64,000 nucleotides of DNA from Eledone cirrhosa (lineage: Eukaryota), in NCBI GenBank assembly GCA_964016885.1, contig OZ024744.1:124248001-124312000 (forward strand). Reading direction: 5' to 3'. Both the position numbers and the translations under genes were made by a program. Below, in pieces: positions 14,854-29,400 of the stretch (positions within the stretch are counted from its first letter, which is position 1; each line of letters starts with the position of its first letter). The notes below the pieces were generated by a model that worked only from the letters and a program-made list of their open reading frames with translations, searched no databases and was not told the DNA's origin.

Positions 14854-17800
14854 ATCCCATGACAGGTAGGACAATAGTCTGTAATAACTTGTCCAACCCA
14901 TGACAGCTAGGACAATACACTGTAATAACTTGCCCAACCCATGTATGTAGGATAATAGTCTGTAATAACTTGTCCAACCCATGTATGTAGGACAATAGTC
15001 TGTAATAATAATTTGTGCAACCCAGGTATGTAGGACAATAGTCTGTAATAACTTGTCCAACCCATGAAAGGTAGGTCAATAGTCTGTAATAACTTGTCCA
15101 ACCCATGTATGTAGGACAATATTCTGTAATAACTTGTCCAACCCATGACATGTAGGACAATAGTCTGTAATAACTTGTCCAACCCATGACAGGTAGGACA
15201 ATAGTCTGTAATAACTTGTCCTACCCATGTATGTAGGACAATAGTCGGTAATACCTTGTCCAACCAATGACAGGTAGGAGAACAGTCTGTAATAACTTGT
15301 CCAACCCATGACAGGTAGGACAATAGTCGGTAATACCTTGTCCAACCAATGACAGATAGGACAATAGTCTGTAATAACTTGTCCAACCCATGTATGTAGG
15401 ACAATAGTCTGTAATAACTTGTCCAAACCATGACAGGTAGGACAATAGTCTGTAATAACTTGTCCAACCCATGACAGGTAGGACAATAGTCTGTAATAAC
15501 TTGTCCAACCCATGAGAGGTAGGACAATAGTCTGTAATAACTTGTCCAACCCATGACAGCTAGGACAATAGTCTTTAATAACTTGTCCAACCCATGACAG
15601 GTAGGGCAATAGTCTGTAATAACTTGTTCAACCCATGACAGGTAGGACAATAGTCTGTAATAACTTGTCCAACTCATGTATGTAGGACAATAGTCTGTAA
15701 TAACTTGTCCAACCCATGACAGGTAGGACAATAGTCTGTAATAACTTGTCTAACCCATGTATGTAGGACAATAGTCTGTAATAACTTGTCCAACCCATGT
15801 ATGTAGGACAATAGTCTGTAATAACTTGTCCAACCCATGTATGTCGGACAATAGTCTGTAATAACTTGTCTAACGCATGTATGTAGGACAATAGTCTGTA
15901 ATAACTTGTCCAACCCATGTATGTAGGACAATAGTCTATAATAACTTGTCCAACCCATGTATGTAGGACAATTGTCTGTAATAACTTGTCCAACCCATGA
16001 CAGGTAGGACAATAGTCTGTAATACCTCGTCCAACCCATGACAGGTAGGACAATAGTCTGTAATAACTTGTCCAACCAATGACAGGTAGGACAATAGTCT
16101 GTAATAACTTGTCCAACCCATGACAGGTAAGACAATAGTCTGTAATAACTTGTCCAACCAATGACAGGTAGGACAATAGTCTGTAATAACTTGTCCAACC
16201 CATGTATGTAGGACAATAGTCTGTAATAACTTGTCCAACCCATGACAGGTAGGACAATAGTCTGTAATAACTTGTCCAACCCATGACAGGTAGGGCAATA
16301 GTCTGTAATAACTTGTCCAACCCATGTATGTAGGACAATATTCTGTAATAACTTGTCCAACCCATGACAGGTAGGGCAATAGTTTGTAACAACTTGTCCA
16401 ACCCATGTATGCAAGACAATAGTCTGTAATAACTTGTCCATCCCATGGCAGGTAGGACAATAGTCTGTAATAACTTGTCCAACCCATGCATGTAGGACAA
16501 TAGTCTGTAATAACTTGTCCAACCCATGTATGTAGGACAATAGTCTGTAATAACTTGTCCAACCCATGACAGGTAGGACAATAGTCTGTAATAACTTGTC
16601 CATCCCATGACAGGTAGGACAATAGTCTGTAATAACTTGTCCAACCCATGACAGCTAGGACAATAGTCTGTAATAACTTGTCGAACCCATGTATGTGGGA
16701 CAATAGTCTGTAATAACTTATCCAACCCATGACAGGTAGGACAATAGTCTGTAATAACTTGTCCAACCCATGTATGTAGGACAATAGTCTGTAATAACTT
16801 GTCCAAACCATGACAGTTAGGACAATAGTCTGTAATAACTTGTCCAACCCATGACAGGTAGGTCAATAGTCTGTAATAACTTGTCCAACCCATGACAGGT
16901 AGGACAATAGTCTGTAATAACTTGTCCAACCCATGACAGGTAAGACAATATTCTGTAATAACTTGTCCAACCCATGTATGTAAGACAATAGTGTGTAATA
17001 ACTTGTCCTACCCAATTCAGGTAGGACAATAGTCTAATAACTTGTCCAACTCATGACAGGTAGGACAATAGTCTGTAATAACTTGTCCAACCCATGTATT
17101 TAGGACAATAGTCTGTAATAACTTGTCCAAGCCATGACAGGTAGGACAATAGTCTGTAATAACTTGTCCAACCCATGACAGGTAGGACAATAATCTGTTA
17201 TAACTTGTCTAACCCATGACAGGTAGGACAATAGTCTGTAATAATTTGTCCAACCCATGTATGTAGGACAATAGTCTGTAATAACTTGTCCAACCCATGA
17301 AAGGTAGGTCAATAGTCTGTAATAACTTGTCCAACCCATGTATGTAGGACAATAGTCTGTAATAACTTGTCCAACCCATGTATGTAGGACAATAGTCTGT
17401 AATAACTTGTCCAACCCATGTATGTAGGACAATAGTCTGTAATAACTTGTCCAAACCATGACAGGTAGGACAATAGTCTGTAATAACTTGTCCAACCCAT
17501 GACAGGTAGGTCAATAGTCTGAAATAACTTGTCCAACCCATGACAGGTAGGACAATAGTCTGTAATAACTTGTCCAACCCATGACAGGTAAGACAATATT
17601 CTGTAATAATTTGTCGAAGCCATGTATGTAAGACAATAGTGTGTAATAACTTGTCCAACCCAATTCAGGTAGGACAATAGTCTAATAACTTGTCCAACTC
17701 ATGACAGGTAGGACAATAGTCTGTAATAACTTGTCCAACCCATGTATTTAGGACAATAGTCTGTAATAACTTGTCCAAGCCATGACAGATAGGACAATAG

Positions 17801-19925
17801 TCTGTAATAACTTGTCCAACACATGACAGGTAGGACAATAGTCTGTAATAACTTGTCCATCCCATGACAGGTAGGACAATAGTCTGTAATAACTTGTCCA
17901 ACCCATGTATGTAGGACAATAGTCTGTAATAACTTGTCCAACCCATGACAGGTAGGACAATAGTCTGTAATAGCTTGTCCAACCCATGACAGGTAGGGCA
18001 ATAGTCTGTAATAACTTGTCCAACCCATGTATGTAGGACAATAGTCTGTAATAACTTGTCCAACCCATGACAGGTAGGGCAATAGTCTGTAACAACTTGT
18101 CCAACCCATGTATGCAGGACAATAGTCTGTAATAACTTGTCCATCCCATGACAGGTAGGACAATAGTCTGTAATAACTTGTCCAACCCATGCATGTAGGA
18201 CAATAGTCTGTAATAACTTGTCCAACCCATGACAGGTAGGACAATAGTCTGTAATAACTTGTCCATCCCATGACAGGTAGGACAATAGTCTGTAATAACT
18301 TGTCCAACCCATGACAGCTAGGACAATAGTCTGTAATAACTTGTCGAACCCATGTATGTGGGACAATAGTCTGTAATAACTTATCCAACCCATGACAGGT
18401 AGGACAATAGTCTGTAATAACTTGTCCAACCCATGTATGTAGGACAATAGTCTGTAATAACTTGTCCAAACCATGACAGTTAGGACAATAGTCTGTAATA
18501 ACTTGTCCAACCCATGACAGGTAGGTCAATAGTCTGTAATAACTTGTCCAACCCATGACAGGTAGGACAATAGTCTGTAATAACTTGTCCAACCCATGAC
18601 AGGTAAGACAATATTCTGTAATAACTTGTCCAACCCATGTACGTAAGACAATAGTGTGTAATAACTTGTCCTACCCAATTCAGGTAGGACAATAGTCTAA
18701 TAACTTGTCCAACTCATGACAGGTAGGACAATAGTCTGTAATAACTTGTCCAACCCATGTATTTAGGACAATAGTCTGTAATAACTTGTCCAAGCCATGA
18801 CAGGTAGGACAATAGTCTGTAATAACTTGTCCAACCCATGACAGGTAGGACAATAATCTGTTATAACTTGTCTAACCCATGACAGGTAGGACAATAGTCT
18901 GTAATAATTTGTCCAACCCATGTATGTAGGACAATAGTCTGTAATAACTTGTCCAACCCATGAAAGGTAGGTCAATAGTCTGTAATAACTTGTCCAACCC
19001 ATGTATGTAGGACAATAGTCTGTAATAACTTGTCCAACCCATGTATGTAGGACAATAGTCTGTAATAACTTGTCCAACCCATGTATGTAGGACAATAGTC
19101 TGTAATAACTTGTCCAAACCATGACAGGTAGGACAATAGTCTGTAATAACTTGTCCAACCCATGACAGGTAGGTCAATAGTCTGAAATAACTTGTCCAAC
19201 CCATGACAGGTAGGACAATAGTCTGTAATAACTTGTCCAACCCATGACAGGTAAGACAATATTCTGTAATAATTTGTCGAAGCCATGTATGTAAGACAAT
19301 AGTGTGTAATAACTTGTCCAACCCAATTCAGGTAGGACAATAGTCTAATAACTTGTCCAACTCATGACAGGTAGGACAATAGTCTGTAATAACTTGTCCA
19401 ACCCATGTATTTAGGACAATAGTCTGTAATAACTTGTCCAAGCCATGACAGATAGGACAATAGTCTGTAATAACTTGTCCATCCCATGACAGGTAGGACA
19501 ATAGTCTGTAATAACTTGTCCAACCCATGACAGCTAGGACAATACTCTGTAATAACTTGCCCAACCCATGTATGTAGGATAATAGTCTGTAATAACTTGT
19601 CCAACCCATGTATGTAGGACAATAGTCTGTAATAATAATTTGTCCAACCCAGGTATGTAGGACAATAGTCTGTAATAACTTGTCCAACCCATGAAAGGTA
19701 GGTCAATAGTCTGTAATAACTTGTCCAACCCATGTATGTAGGACAATATTCTGTAATAACTTGTCCAACCCATGACATGTAGGACAATAGTCTGTAATAA
19801 CTTGTCCAACCCATGACAGGTAGGACAATAGTCTGTAATAACTTGTCCTACCCATGTATGTAGGACAATAGTCGGTAATACCTTGTCCAACCAATGACAG
19901 GTAGGAGAACAGTCTGTAATAACTT
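12151..19925 (+). repeat. Block duplication, offset 4627 bp (~12151-15298 vs ~16778-19925)
   Basis: ORF offsets 12190/16817, 13038/17665, 14701/19328, with shared rare variants. Confidence 0.82.
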
Positions 19926-22900
19926 CTCCAACCCATTACAGGTAGGACAATAGTCTGTAATACCTTGTCCAACCAATGACAGGTAGGACAATAGTCTGTA
20001 ATAATTTGTCCAACCCATGTATGTAGGACAATAGTCTGTAATAACTTGTCCAACCCATGAAAGGTAGGTCAATAGTCTGTAATAACTTGTCCAACCCATG
20101 TATGTAGGACAATAGTCTGTAATAACTTATCCAACCCATGACAGGTAGGACAATAGTCTGTAATAACTTGTCCAACCCATGTATGTAGGACAATAGTCTG
20201 TAATAACTTGTCCAAACCATGACAGTTAGGACAATAGTCTGTAATAACTTGTCCAACCCATGACAGGTAGGTCAATAGTCTGTAATAACTTGTCCAACCC
20301 ATGACAGGTAGGACAATAGTCTGTAATAACTTGTCCAACCCATGACAGGTAAGACAATATTCTGTAATAACTTGTCCAACCCATGTATGTAAGACAATAG
20401 TGTGTAATAACTTGTCCTACCCAATTCAGGTAGGACAATAGTCTAATAACTTGTCCAACTCATGACAGGTAGGACAATAGTCTGTAATAACTTGTCCAAC
20501 CCATGTATTTAGGACAATAGTCTGTAATAACTTGTCCAAGCCATGACAGGTAGGACAATAGTCTGTAATAACTTGTCCAACCCATGACAGGTAGGACAAT
20601 AATCTGTTATAACTTGTCTAACCCATGACAGGTAGGACAATAGTCTGTAATAATTTGTCCAACCCATGTATGTAGGACAATAGTCTGTAATAACTTGTCC
20701 AACCCATGAAAGGTAGGTCAATAGTCTGTAATAACTTGTCCAACCCATGTATGTAGGACAATAGTCTGTAATAACTTGTCCAACCCATGTATGTAGGACA
20801 ATAGTCTGTAATAACTTGTCCAACCCATGTATGTAGGACAATAGTCTGTAATAACTTGTCCAAACCATGACAGGTAGGACAATAGTCTGTAATAACTTGT
20901 CCAACCCATGACAGGTAGGTCAATAGTCTGAAATAACTTGTCCAACCCATGACAGGTAGGACAATAGTCTGTAATAACTTGTCCAACCCATGACAGGTAA
21001 GACAATATTCTGTAATAATTTGTCGAAGCCATGTATGTAAGACAATAGTGTGTAATAACTTGTCCAACCCAATTCAGGTAGGACAATAGTCTAATAACTT
21101 GTCCAACTCATGACAGGTAGGACAATAGTCTGTAATAACTTGTCCAACCCATGTATTTAGGACAATAGTCTGTAATAACTTGTCCAAGCCATGACAGATA
21201 GGACAATAGTCTGTAATAACTTGTCCAACACATGACAGGTAGGACAATAGTCTGTAATAACTTGTCCATCCCATGACAGGTAGGACAATAGTCTGTAATA
21301 ACTTGTCCAACCCATGTATGTAGGACAATAGTCTGTAATAACTTGTCCAACCCATGACAGGTAGGACAATAGTCTGTAATAGCTTGTCCAACCCATGACA
21401 GGTAGGGCAATAGTCTGTAATAACTTGTCCAACCCATGTATGTAGGACAATAGTCTGTAATAACTTGTCCAACCCATGACAGGTAGGGCAATAGTCTGTA
21501 ACAACTTGTCCAACCCATGTATGCAGGACAATAGTCTGTAATAACTTGTCCATCCCATGACAGGTAGGACAATAGTCTGTAATAACTTGTCCAACCCATG
21601 CATGTAGGACAATAGTCTGTAATAACTTGTCCAACCCATGACAGGTAGGACAATAGTCTGTAATAACTTGTCCATCCCATGACAGGTAGGACAATAGTCT
21701 GTAATAACTTGTCCAACCCATGACAGCTAGGACAATAGTCTGTAATAACTTGTCGAACCCATGTATGTGGGACAATAGTCTGTAATAACTTATCCAACCC
21801 ATGACAGGTAGGACAATAGTCTGTAATAACTTGTCCAACCCATGTATGTAGGACAATAGTCTGTAATAACTTGTCCAAACCATGACAGTTAGGACAATAG
21901 TCTGTAATAACTTGTCCAACCCATGACAGGTAGGTCAATAGTCTGTAATAACTTGTCCAACCCATGACAGGTAGGACAATAGTCTGTAATAACTTGTCCA
22001 ACCCATGACAGGTAAGACAATATTCTGTAATAACTTGTCCAACCCATGTACGTAAGACAATAGTGTGTAATAACTTGTCCTACCCAATTCAGGTAGGACA
22101 ATAGTCTAATAACTTGTCCAACTCATGACAGGTAGGACAATAGTCTGTAATAACTTGTCCAACCCATGTATTTAGGACAATAGTCTGTAATAACTTGTCC
22201 AAGCCATGACAGGTAGGACAATAGTCTGTAATAACTTGTCCAACCCATGACAGGTAGGACAATAATCTGTTATAACTTGTCTAACCCATGACAGGTAGGA
22301 CAATAGTCTGTAATAATTTGTCCAACCCATGTATGTAGGACAATAGTCTGTAATAACTTGTCCAACCCATGAAAGGTAGGTCAATAGTCTGTAATAACTT
22401 GTCCAACCCATGTATGTAGGACAATAGTCTGTAATAACTTGTCCAACCCATGTATGTAGGACAATAGTCTGTAATAACTTGTCCAACCCATGTATGTAGG
22501 ACAATAGTCTGTAATAACTTGTCCAAACCATGACAGGTAGGACAATAGTCTGTAATAACTTGTCCAACCCATGACAGGTAGGTCAATAGTCTGAAATAAC
22601 TTGTCCAACCCATGACAGGTAGGACAATAGTCTGTAATAACTTGTCCAACCCATGACAGGTAAGACAATATTCTGTAATAATTTGTCGAAGCCATGTATG
22701 TAAGACAATAGTGTGTAATAACTTGTCCAACCCAATTCAGGTAGGACAATAGTCTAATAACTTGTCCAACTCATGACAGGTAGGACAATAGTCTGTAATA
22801 ACTTGTCCAACCCATGTATTTAGGACAATAGTCTGTAATAACTTGTCCAAGCCATGACAGATAGGACAATAGTCTGTAATAACTTGTCCATCCCATGACA

Positions 22901-23413
22901 GGTAGGACAATAGTCTGTAATAACTTGTCCAACCCATGACAGCTAGGACAATACTCTGTAATAACTTGCCCAACCCATGTATGTAGGATAATAGTCTGTA
23001 ATAACTTGTCCAACCCATGTATGTAGGACAATAGTCTGTAATAATAATTTGTCCAACCCAGGTATGTAGGACAATAGTCTGTAATAACTTGTCCAACCCA
23101 TGAAAGGTAGGTCAATAGTCTGTAATAACTTGTTCAACCCATGTATGTAGGACAATATTCTGTAATAACTTGTCCAACCCATGACATGTAGGACAATAGT
23201 CTGTAATAACTTGTCCAACCCATGACAGGTAGGACAATAGTCTGTAATAACTTGTCCTACCCATGTATGTAGGACAATAGTCGGTAATACCTTGTCCAAC
23301 CAATGACAGGTAGGAGAACAGTCTGTAATAACTTCTCCAACCCATTACAGGTAGGACAATAGTCTGTAATACCTTGTCCAACCAATGACAGGTAGGACAA
23401 TAGTCTGTAATAA
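16700..23413 (+). repeat. Near-tandem block duplication, offset 3409 bp (~16700-20004 vs ~20109-23413)
   Basis: ORF offsets 16817/20226, 17665/21074, 19328/22737, 19534/22943. Confidence 0.85.
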
Positions 23414-26400
23414 CTTGTCCAACCCATGTATGTAGGACAATAGTCTGTAATAACTTGTCCAAACCATGACAGATAGGACAATAGTCTGTAATAACTTGTC
23501 CAACCCATGACAGGTAGGACAATAGTCTGTAATAACTTGTCCAACCCATGACAGCTAGGACAATAGTCTTTAATAACTTGTCCAACCCATGACAGGTAGG
23601 GCAATAGTCTGTAATAACTTGTCCAACCCATGACAGGTAGGACAATAGTCTGTAATAACTTGTCCAACTCATGTATGTAGGACAATAGTATGTAATAACT
23701 TGTCCAACCCATGACAGGTAGGACAATAGTCTGTAATAACTTGTCTAACCATGTATGTAGGACAATAGTCTGTAATAACTTGTCCAACCCATGTATGTAG
23801 GACAATAGTCTGTAATAACTTGTCCAACCCATGTATGTGGGACAATAGTCTGTAATAACTTGTCTAACCCATGTATGTAGGACAATAGTCTGTAATAACT
23901 TGTCCAACCCATGTATGTAGGACAATAGTCTATAATAACTTGTCCAACCCATGTATGTAGGACAATTGTCTGTAATAACTTGTCCAACCCATGACCGGTA
24001 GGACAATAGTCTGTAATACCTCGTCCAACCCATGACAGGTAGGACAATAGTCTGTAATAACTTGTCCAACCCATGACAGGTAGGACAATAGTCTGTAATA
24101 ACTTGTCCAACCCATGACAGGTAAGACAATAGTCTGTAATAACTTGTCCAACCCATGACAGGTAGGACAATAGTCTGTAATAACTTGTCCAACCCATGTA
24201 TGTAGGACAATAGTCTGTAATAACTTGTCCAACCCATGACAGGTAGGACAATAGTCTGTAATAACTTGTCCAACCCATGACAGGTAGGGCAATAGTCTGT
24301 AATAACTTGTCCAACCCATGTATGTAGGACAATAGTCTGTAATAACTTGTCCAACCCATGACAGGTAGGACAATAGTCTGTTATAACTTGTCCAGCCCAT
24401 GCCAGGTAGGACAAAGTATGTAATAACTTGTCCAACCCATGACAGGTAGGGCAATAGTCTGTAATAACTTGTCCAACCCATGACAGGTAGGACAATAGTC
24501 TGTAATAACTTGTCCAACCCATGACAGGTAGGGCAATAGTCTGTAACAACTTGTCCAACCCATGTATGCAGGACAATAGTCTGTAATAACTTGTCCATCC
24601 CATGACAGGTAGGACAATAGTCTGTAATAACTTGTCCAACCCATGCATGTAGGACAATAGTCTGTAATAACTTGTCCAACCCATGTATGTAGGACAATAG
24701 TCTGTAATAACTTGTCCAACCCATGACAGGTAGGTCAATAGTCTGAAATAACTTGTCCAACCCATGACAGGTAGGACAATAGTCTGTAATAACTTGTCCA
24801 ACCCATGACAGGTAAGACAATATTCTGTAATAATTTGTCGAAGCCATGTATGTAAGACAATAGTGTGTAATAACTTGTCCAACCCAATTCAGGTAGGACA
24901 ATAGTCTAATAACTTGTCCAACTCATGACAGGTAGGACAATAGTCTGTAATAACTTGTCCAACCCATGTATTTAGGACAATAGTCTGTAATAACTTGTCC
25001 AAGCCATGACAGATAGGACAATAGTCTGTAATAACTTGTCCATCCCATGACAGGTAGGACAATAGTCTGTAATAACTTGTCCAACCCATGACAGCTAGGA
25101 CAATACTCTGTAATAACTTGCCCAACCCATGTATGTAGGATAATAGTCTGTAATAACTTGTCCAACCCATGTATGTAGGACAATAGTCTGTAATAATAAT
25201 TTGTCCAACCCAGGTATGTAGGACAATAGTCTGTAATAACTTGTCCAACCCATGAAAGGTAGGTCAATAGTCTGTAATAACTTGTCCAACCCATGTATGT
25301 AGGACAATATTCTGTAATAACTTGTCCAACCCATGACATGTAGGACAATAGTCTGTAATAACTTGTCCAACCCATGACAGGTAGGACAATAGTCTGTAAT
25401 AACTTGTCCTACCCATGTATGTAGGACAATAGTCGGTAATACCTTGTCCAACCAATGACAGGTAGGAGAACAGTCTGTAATAACTTGTCCAACCCATGAC
25501 AGGTAGGACAATAGTCGGTAATACCTTGTCCAACCAATGACAGATAGGACAATAGTCTGTAATAACTTGTCCAACCCATGTATGTAGGACAATAGTCTGT
25601 AATAACTTGTCCAAACCATGACAGGTAGGACAATAGTCTGTAATAACTTGTCCAACTCATGACAGGTAGGACAATAGTCTGTAATAACTTGTCCAACCCA
25701 TGTATGTAGGACAATAGTCTATAATAACTTGTCCAACCCATGTATGTAGGACAATTGTCTGTAATAACTTCTCCAACCCATGACCGGTAGGACAATAGTC
25801 TGTAATACCTCGTCCAACCCATGACAGGTAGGACAATAGTCTGTAATAACTTGTCCAACCCATGACAGGTAAGACAATAGTCTGTAATAACTTGTCCAAC
25901 CCATGACAGGTAGGACAATAGTCTGTAATAACTTGTCCAACCCATGTATGTAGGACAATAGTCTGTAATAACTTGTCCAACCCATGACAGGTAGGACAAT
26001 AGTCTGTAATAACTTGTCCAACCCATGACAGGTAGGGCAATAGTCTGTAATAACTTGTCCAACCCATGTATGTAGGACAATAGTCTGTAATAACTTGTCC
26101 AACCCATGACAGGTAGGACAATAGTCTGTTATAACTTGTCCAGCCCATGCCAGGTAGGACAAAGTATGTAATAACTTGTCCAACCCATGACAGGTAGGGC
26201 AATAGTCTGTAATAACTTGTCCAACCCATGACAGGTAGGACAATAGTCTGTAATAACTTGTCCAACCCATGACAGGTAGGACAATAGTCTGTAATACCTC
26301 GTCCAACCCATGACAGGTAGGACAATAGTCTGTAATAACTTGTCCAACCCATGACAGGTAAGACAATAGTCTGTAATAACTTGTCCAACCCATGACAGGT

Positions 26401-29400
26401 AGGACAATAGTCTGTAATAACTTGTCCAACCCATGTATGTAGGACAATAGTCTGTAATAACTTGTCCAACCCATGACAGGTAGGACAATAGTCTGTAATA
26501 ACTTGTCCAACCCATGACAGGTAGGGCAATAGTCTGTAATAACTTGTCCAACCCATGTATGTAGGACAATAGTCTGTAATAACTTGTCCAACCCATGACA
26601 GGTAGGACAATAGTCTGTTATAACTTGTCCAGCCCATGCCAGGTAGGACAAAGTATGTAATAACTTGTCCAACCCATGACAGGTAGGGCAATAGTCTGTA
26701 ATAACTTGTCCAACCCATGACAGGTAGGACAATAGTCTGTAATAACTTGTCCAACCCATGACAGGTAGGGCAATAGTCTGTAACAACTTGTCCAACCCAT
26801 GTATGCAGGACAATAGTCTGTAATAACTTGTCCATCCCATGACAGGTAGGACAATAGTCTGTAATAACTTGTCCAACCCATGCATGTAGGACAATAGTCT
26901 GTAATAACTTGTCCAACCCATGTATGTAGGACAATAGTCTGTAATAACTTGTCCAACCCATGACAGGTAGGTCAATAGTCTGAAATAACTTGTCCAACCC
27001 ATGACAGGTAGGACAATAGTCTGTAATAACTTGTCCAACCCATGACAGGTAAGACAATATTCTGTAATAATTTGTCGAAGCCATGTATGTAAGACAATAG
27101 TGTGTAATAACTTGTCCAACCCAATTCAGGTAGGACAATAGTCTAATAACTTGTCCAACTCATGACAGGTAGGACAATAGTCTGTAATAACTTGTCCAAC
27201 CCATGTATTTAGGACAATAGTCTGTAATAACTTGTCCAAGCCATGACAGATAGGACAATAGTCTGTAATAACTTGTCCATCCCATGACAGGTAGGACAAT
27301 AGTCTGTAATAACTTGTCCAACCCATGACAGCTAGGACAATACTCTGTAATAACTTGCCCAACCCATGTATGTAGGATAATAGTCTGTAATAACTTGTCC
27401 AACCCATGTATGTAGGACAATAGTCTGTAATAATAATTTGTCCAACCCAGGTATGTAGGACAATAGTCTGTAATAACTTGTCCAACCCATGAAAGGTAGG
27501 TCAATAGTCTGTAATAACTTGTCGAACCCATGTATGTGGGACAATAGTCTGTAATAACTTATCCAACCCATGACAGGTAGGACAATAGTCTGTAATAACT
27601 TGTCCAACCCATGTATGTAGGACAATAGTCTGTAATAACTTGTCCAAACCATGACAGTTAGGACAATAGTCTGTAATAACTTGTCCAACCCATGACAGGT
27701 AGGTCAATAGTCTGTAATAACTTGTCCAACCCATGACAGGTAGGACAATAGTCTGTAATAACTTGTCCAACCCATGACAGGTAAGACAATATTCTGTAAT
27801 AACTTGTCCAACCCATGTACGTAAGACAATAGTGTGTAATAACTTGTCCTACCCAATTCAGGTAGGACAATAGTCTAATAACTTGTCCAACTCATGACAG
27901 GTAGGACAATAGTCTGTAATAACTTGTCCAACCCATGTATTTAGGACAATAGTCTGTAATAACTTGTCCAAGCCATGACAGGTAGGACAATAGTCTGTAA
28001 TAACTTGTCCAACCCATGACAGGTAGGACAATAATCTGTTATAACTTGTCTAACCCATGACAGGTAGGACAATAGTCTGTAATAATTTGTCCAACCCATG
28101 TATGTAGGACAATAGTCTGTAATAACTTGTCCAACCCATGAAAGGTAGGTCAATAGTCTGTAATAACTTGTCCAACCCATGTATGTAGGACAATAGTCTG
28201 TAATAACTTGTCCAACCCATGTATGTAGGACAATAGTCTGTAATAACTTGTCCAACCCATGTATGTAGGACAATAGTCTGTAATAACTTGTCCAAACCAT
28301 GACAGGTAGGACAATAGTCTGTAATAACTTGTCCAACCCATGACAGGTAGGTCAATAGTCTGAAATAACTTGTCCAACCCATGACAGGTAGGACAATAGT
28401 CTGTAATAACTTGTCCAACCCATGACAGGTAAGACAATATTCTGTAATAATTTGTCGAAGCCATGTATGTAAGACAATAGTGTGTAATAACTTGTCCAAC
28501 CCAATTCAGGTAGGACAATAGTCTAATAACTTGTCCAACTCATGACAGGTAGGACAATAGTCTGTAATAACTTGTCCAACCCATGTATTTAGGACAATAG
28601 TCTGTAATAACTTGTCCAAGCCATGACAGATAGGACAATAGTCTGTAATAACTTGTCCATCCCATGACAGGTAGGACAATAGTCTGTAATAACTTGTCCA
28701 ACCCATGACAGCTAGGACAATACTCTGTAATAACTTGCCCAACCCATGTATGTAGGATAATAGTCTGTAATAACTTGTCCAACCCATGTATGTAGGACAA
28801 TAGTCTGTAATAATAATTTGTCCAACCCAGGTATGTAGGACAATAGTCTGTAATAACTTGTCCAACCCATGAAAGGTAGGTCAATAGTCTGTAATAACTT
28901 GTTCAACCCATGTATGTAGGACAATATTCTGTAATAACTTGTCCAACCCATGACATGTAGGACAATAGTCTGTAATAACTTGTCCAACCCATGACAGGTA
29001 GGACAATAGTCTGTAATAACTTGTCCTACCCATGTATGTAGGACAATAGTCGGTAATACCTTGTCCAACCAATGACAGGTAGGAGAACAGTCTGTAATAA
29101 CTTCTCCAACCCATTACAGGTAGGACAATAGTCTGTAATACCTTGTCCAACCAATGACAGGTAGGACAATAGTCTGTAATAACTTGTCCAACCCATGTAT
29201 GTAGGACAATAGTCTGTAATAACTTGTCCAAACCATGACAGATAGGACAATAGTCTGTAATAACTTGTCCAACCCATGACAGGTAGGACAATAGTCTGTA
29301 ATAACTTGTCCAACCCATGACAGCTAGGACAATAGTCTTTAATAACTTGTCCAACCCATGACAGGTAGGGCAATAGTCTGTAATAACTTGTCCAACCCAT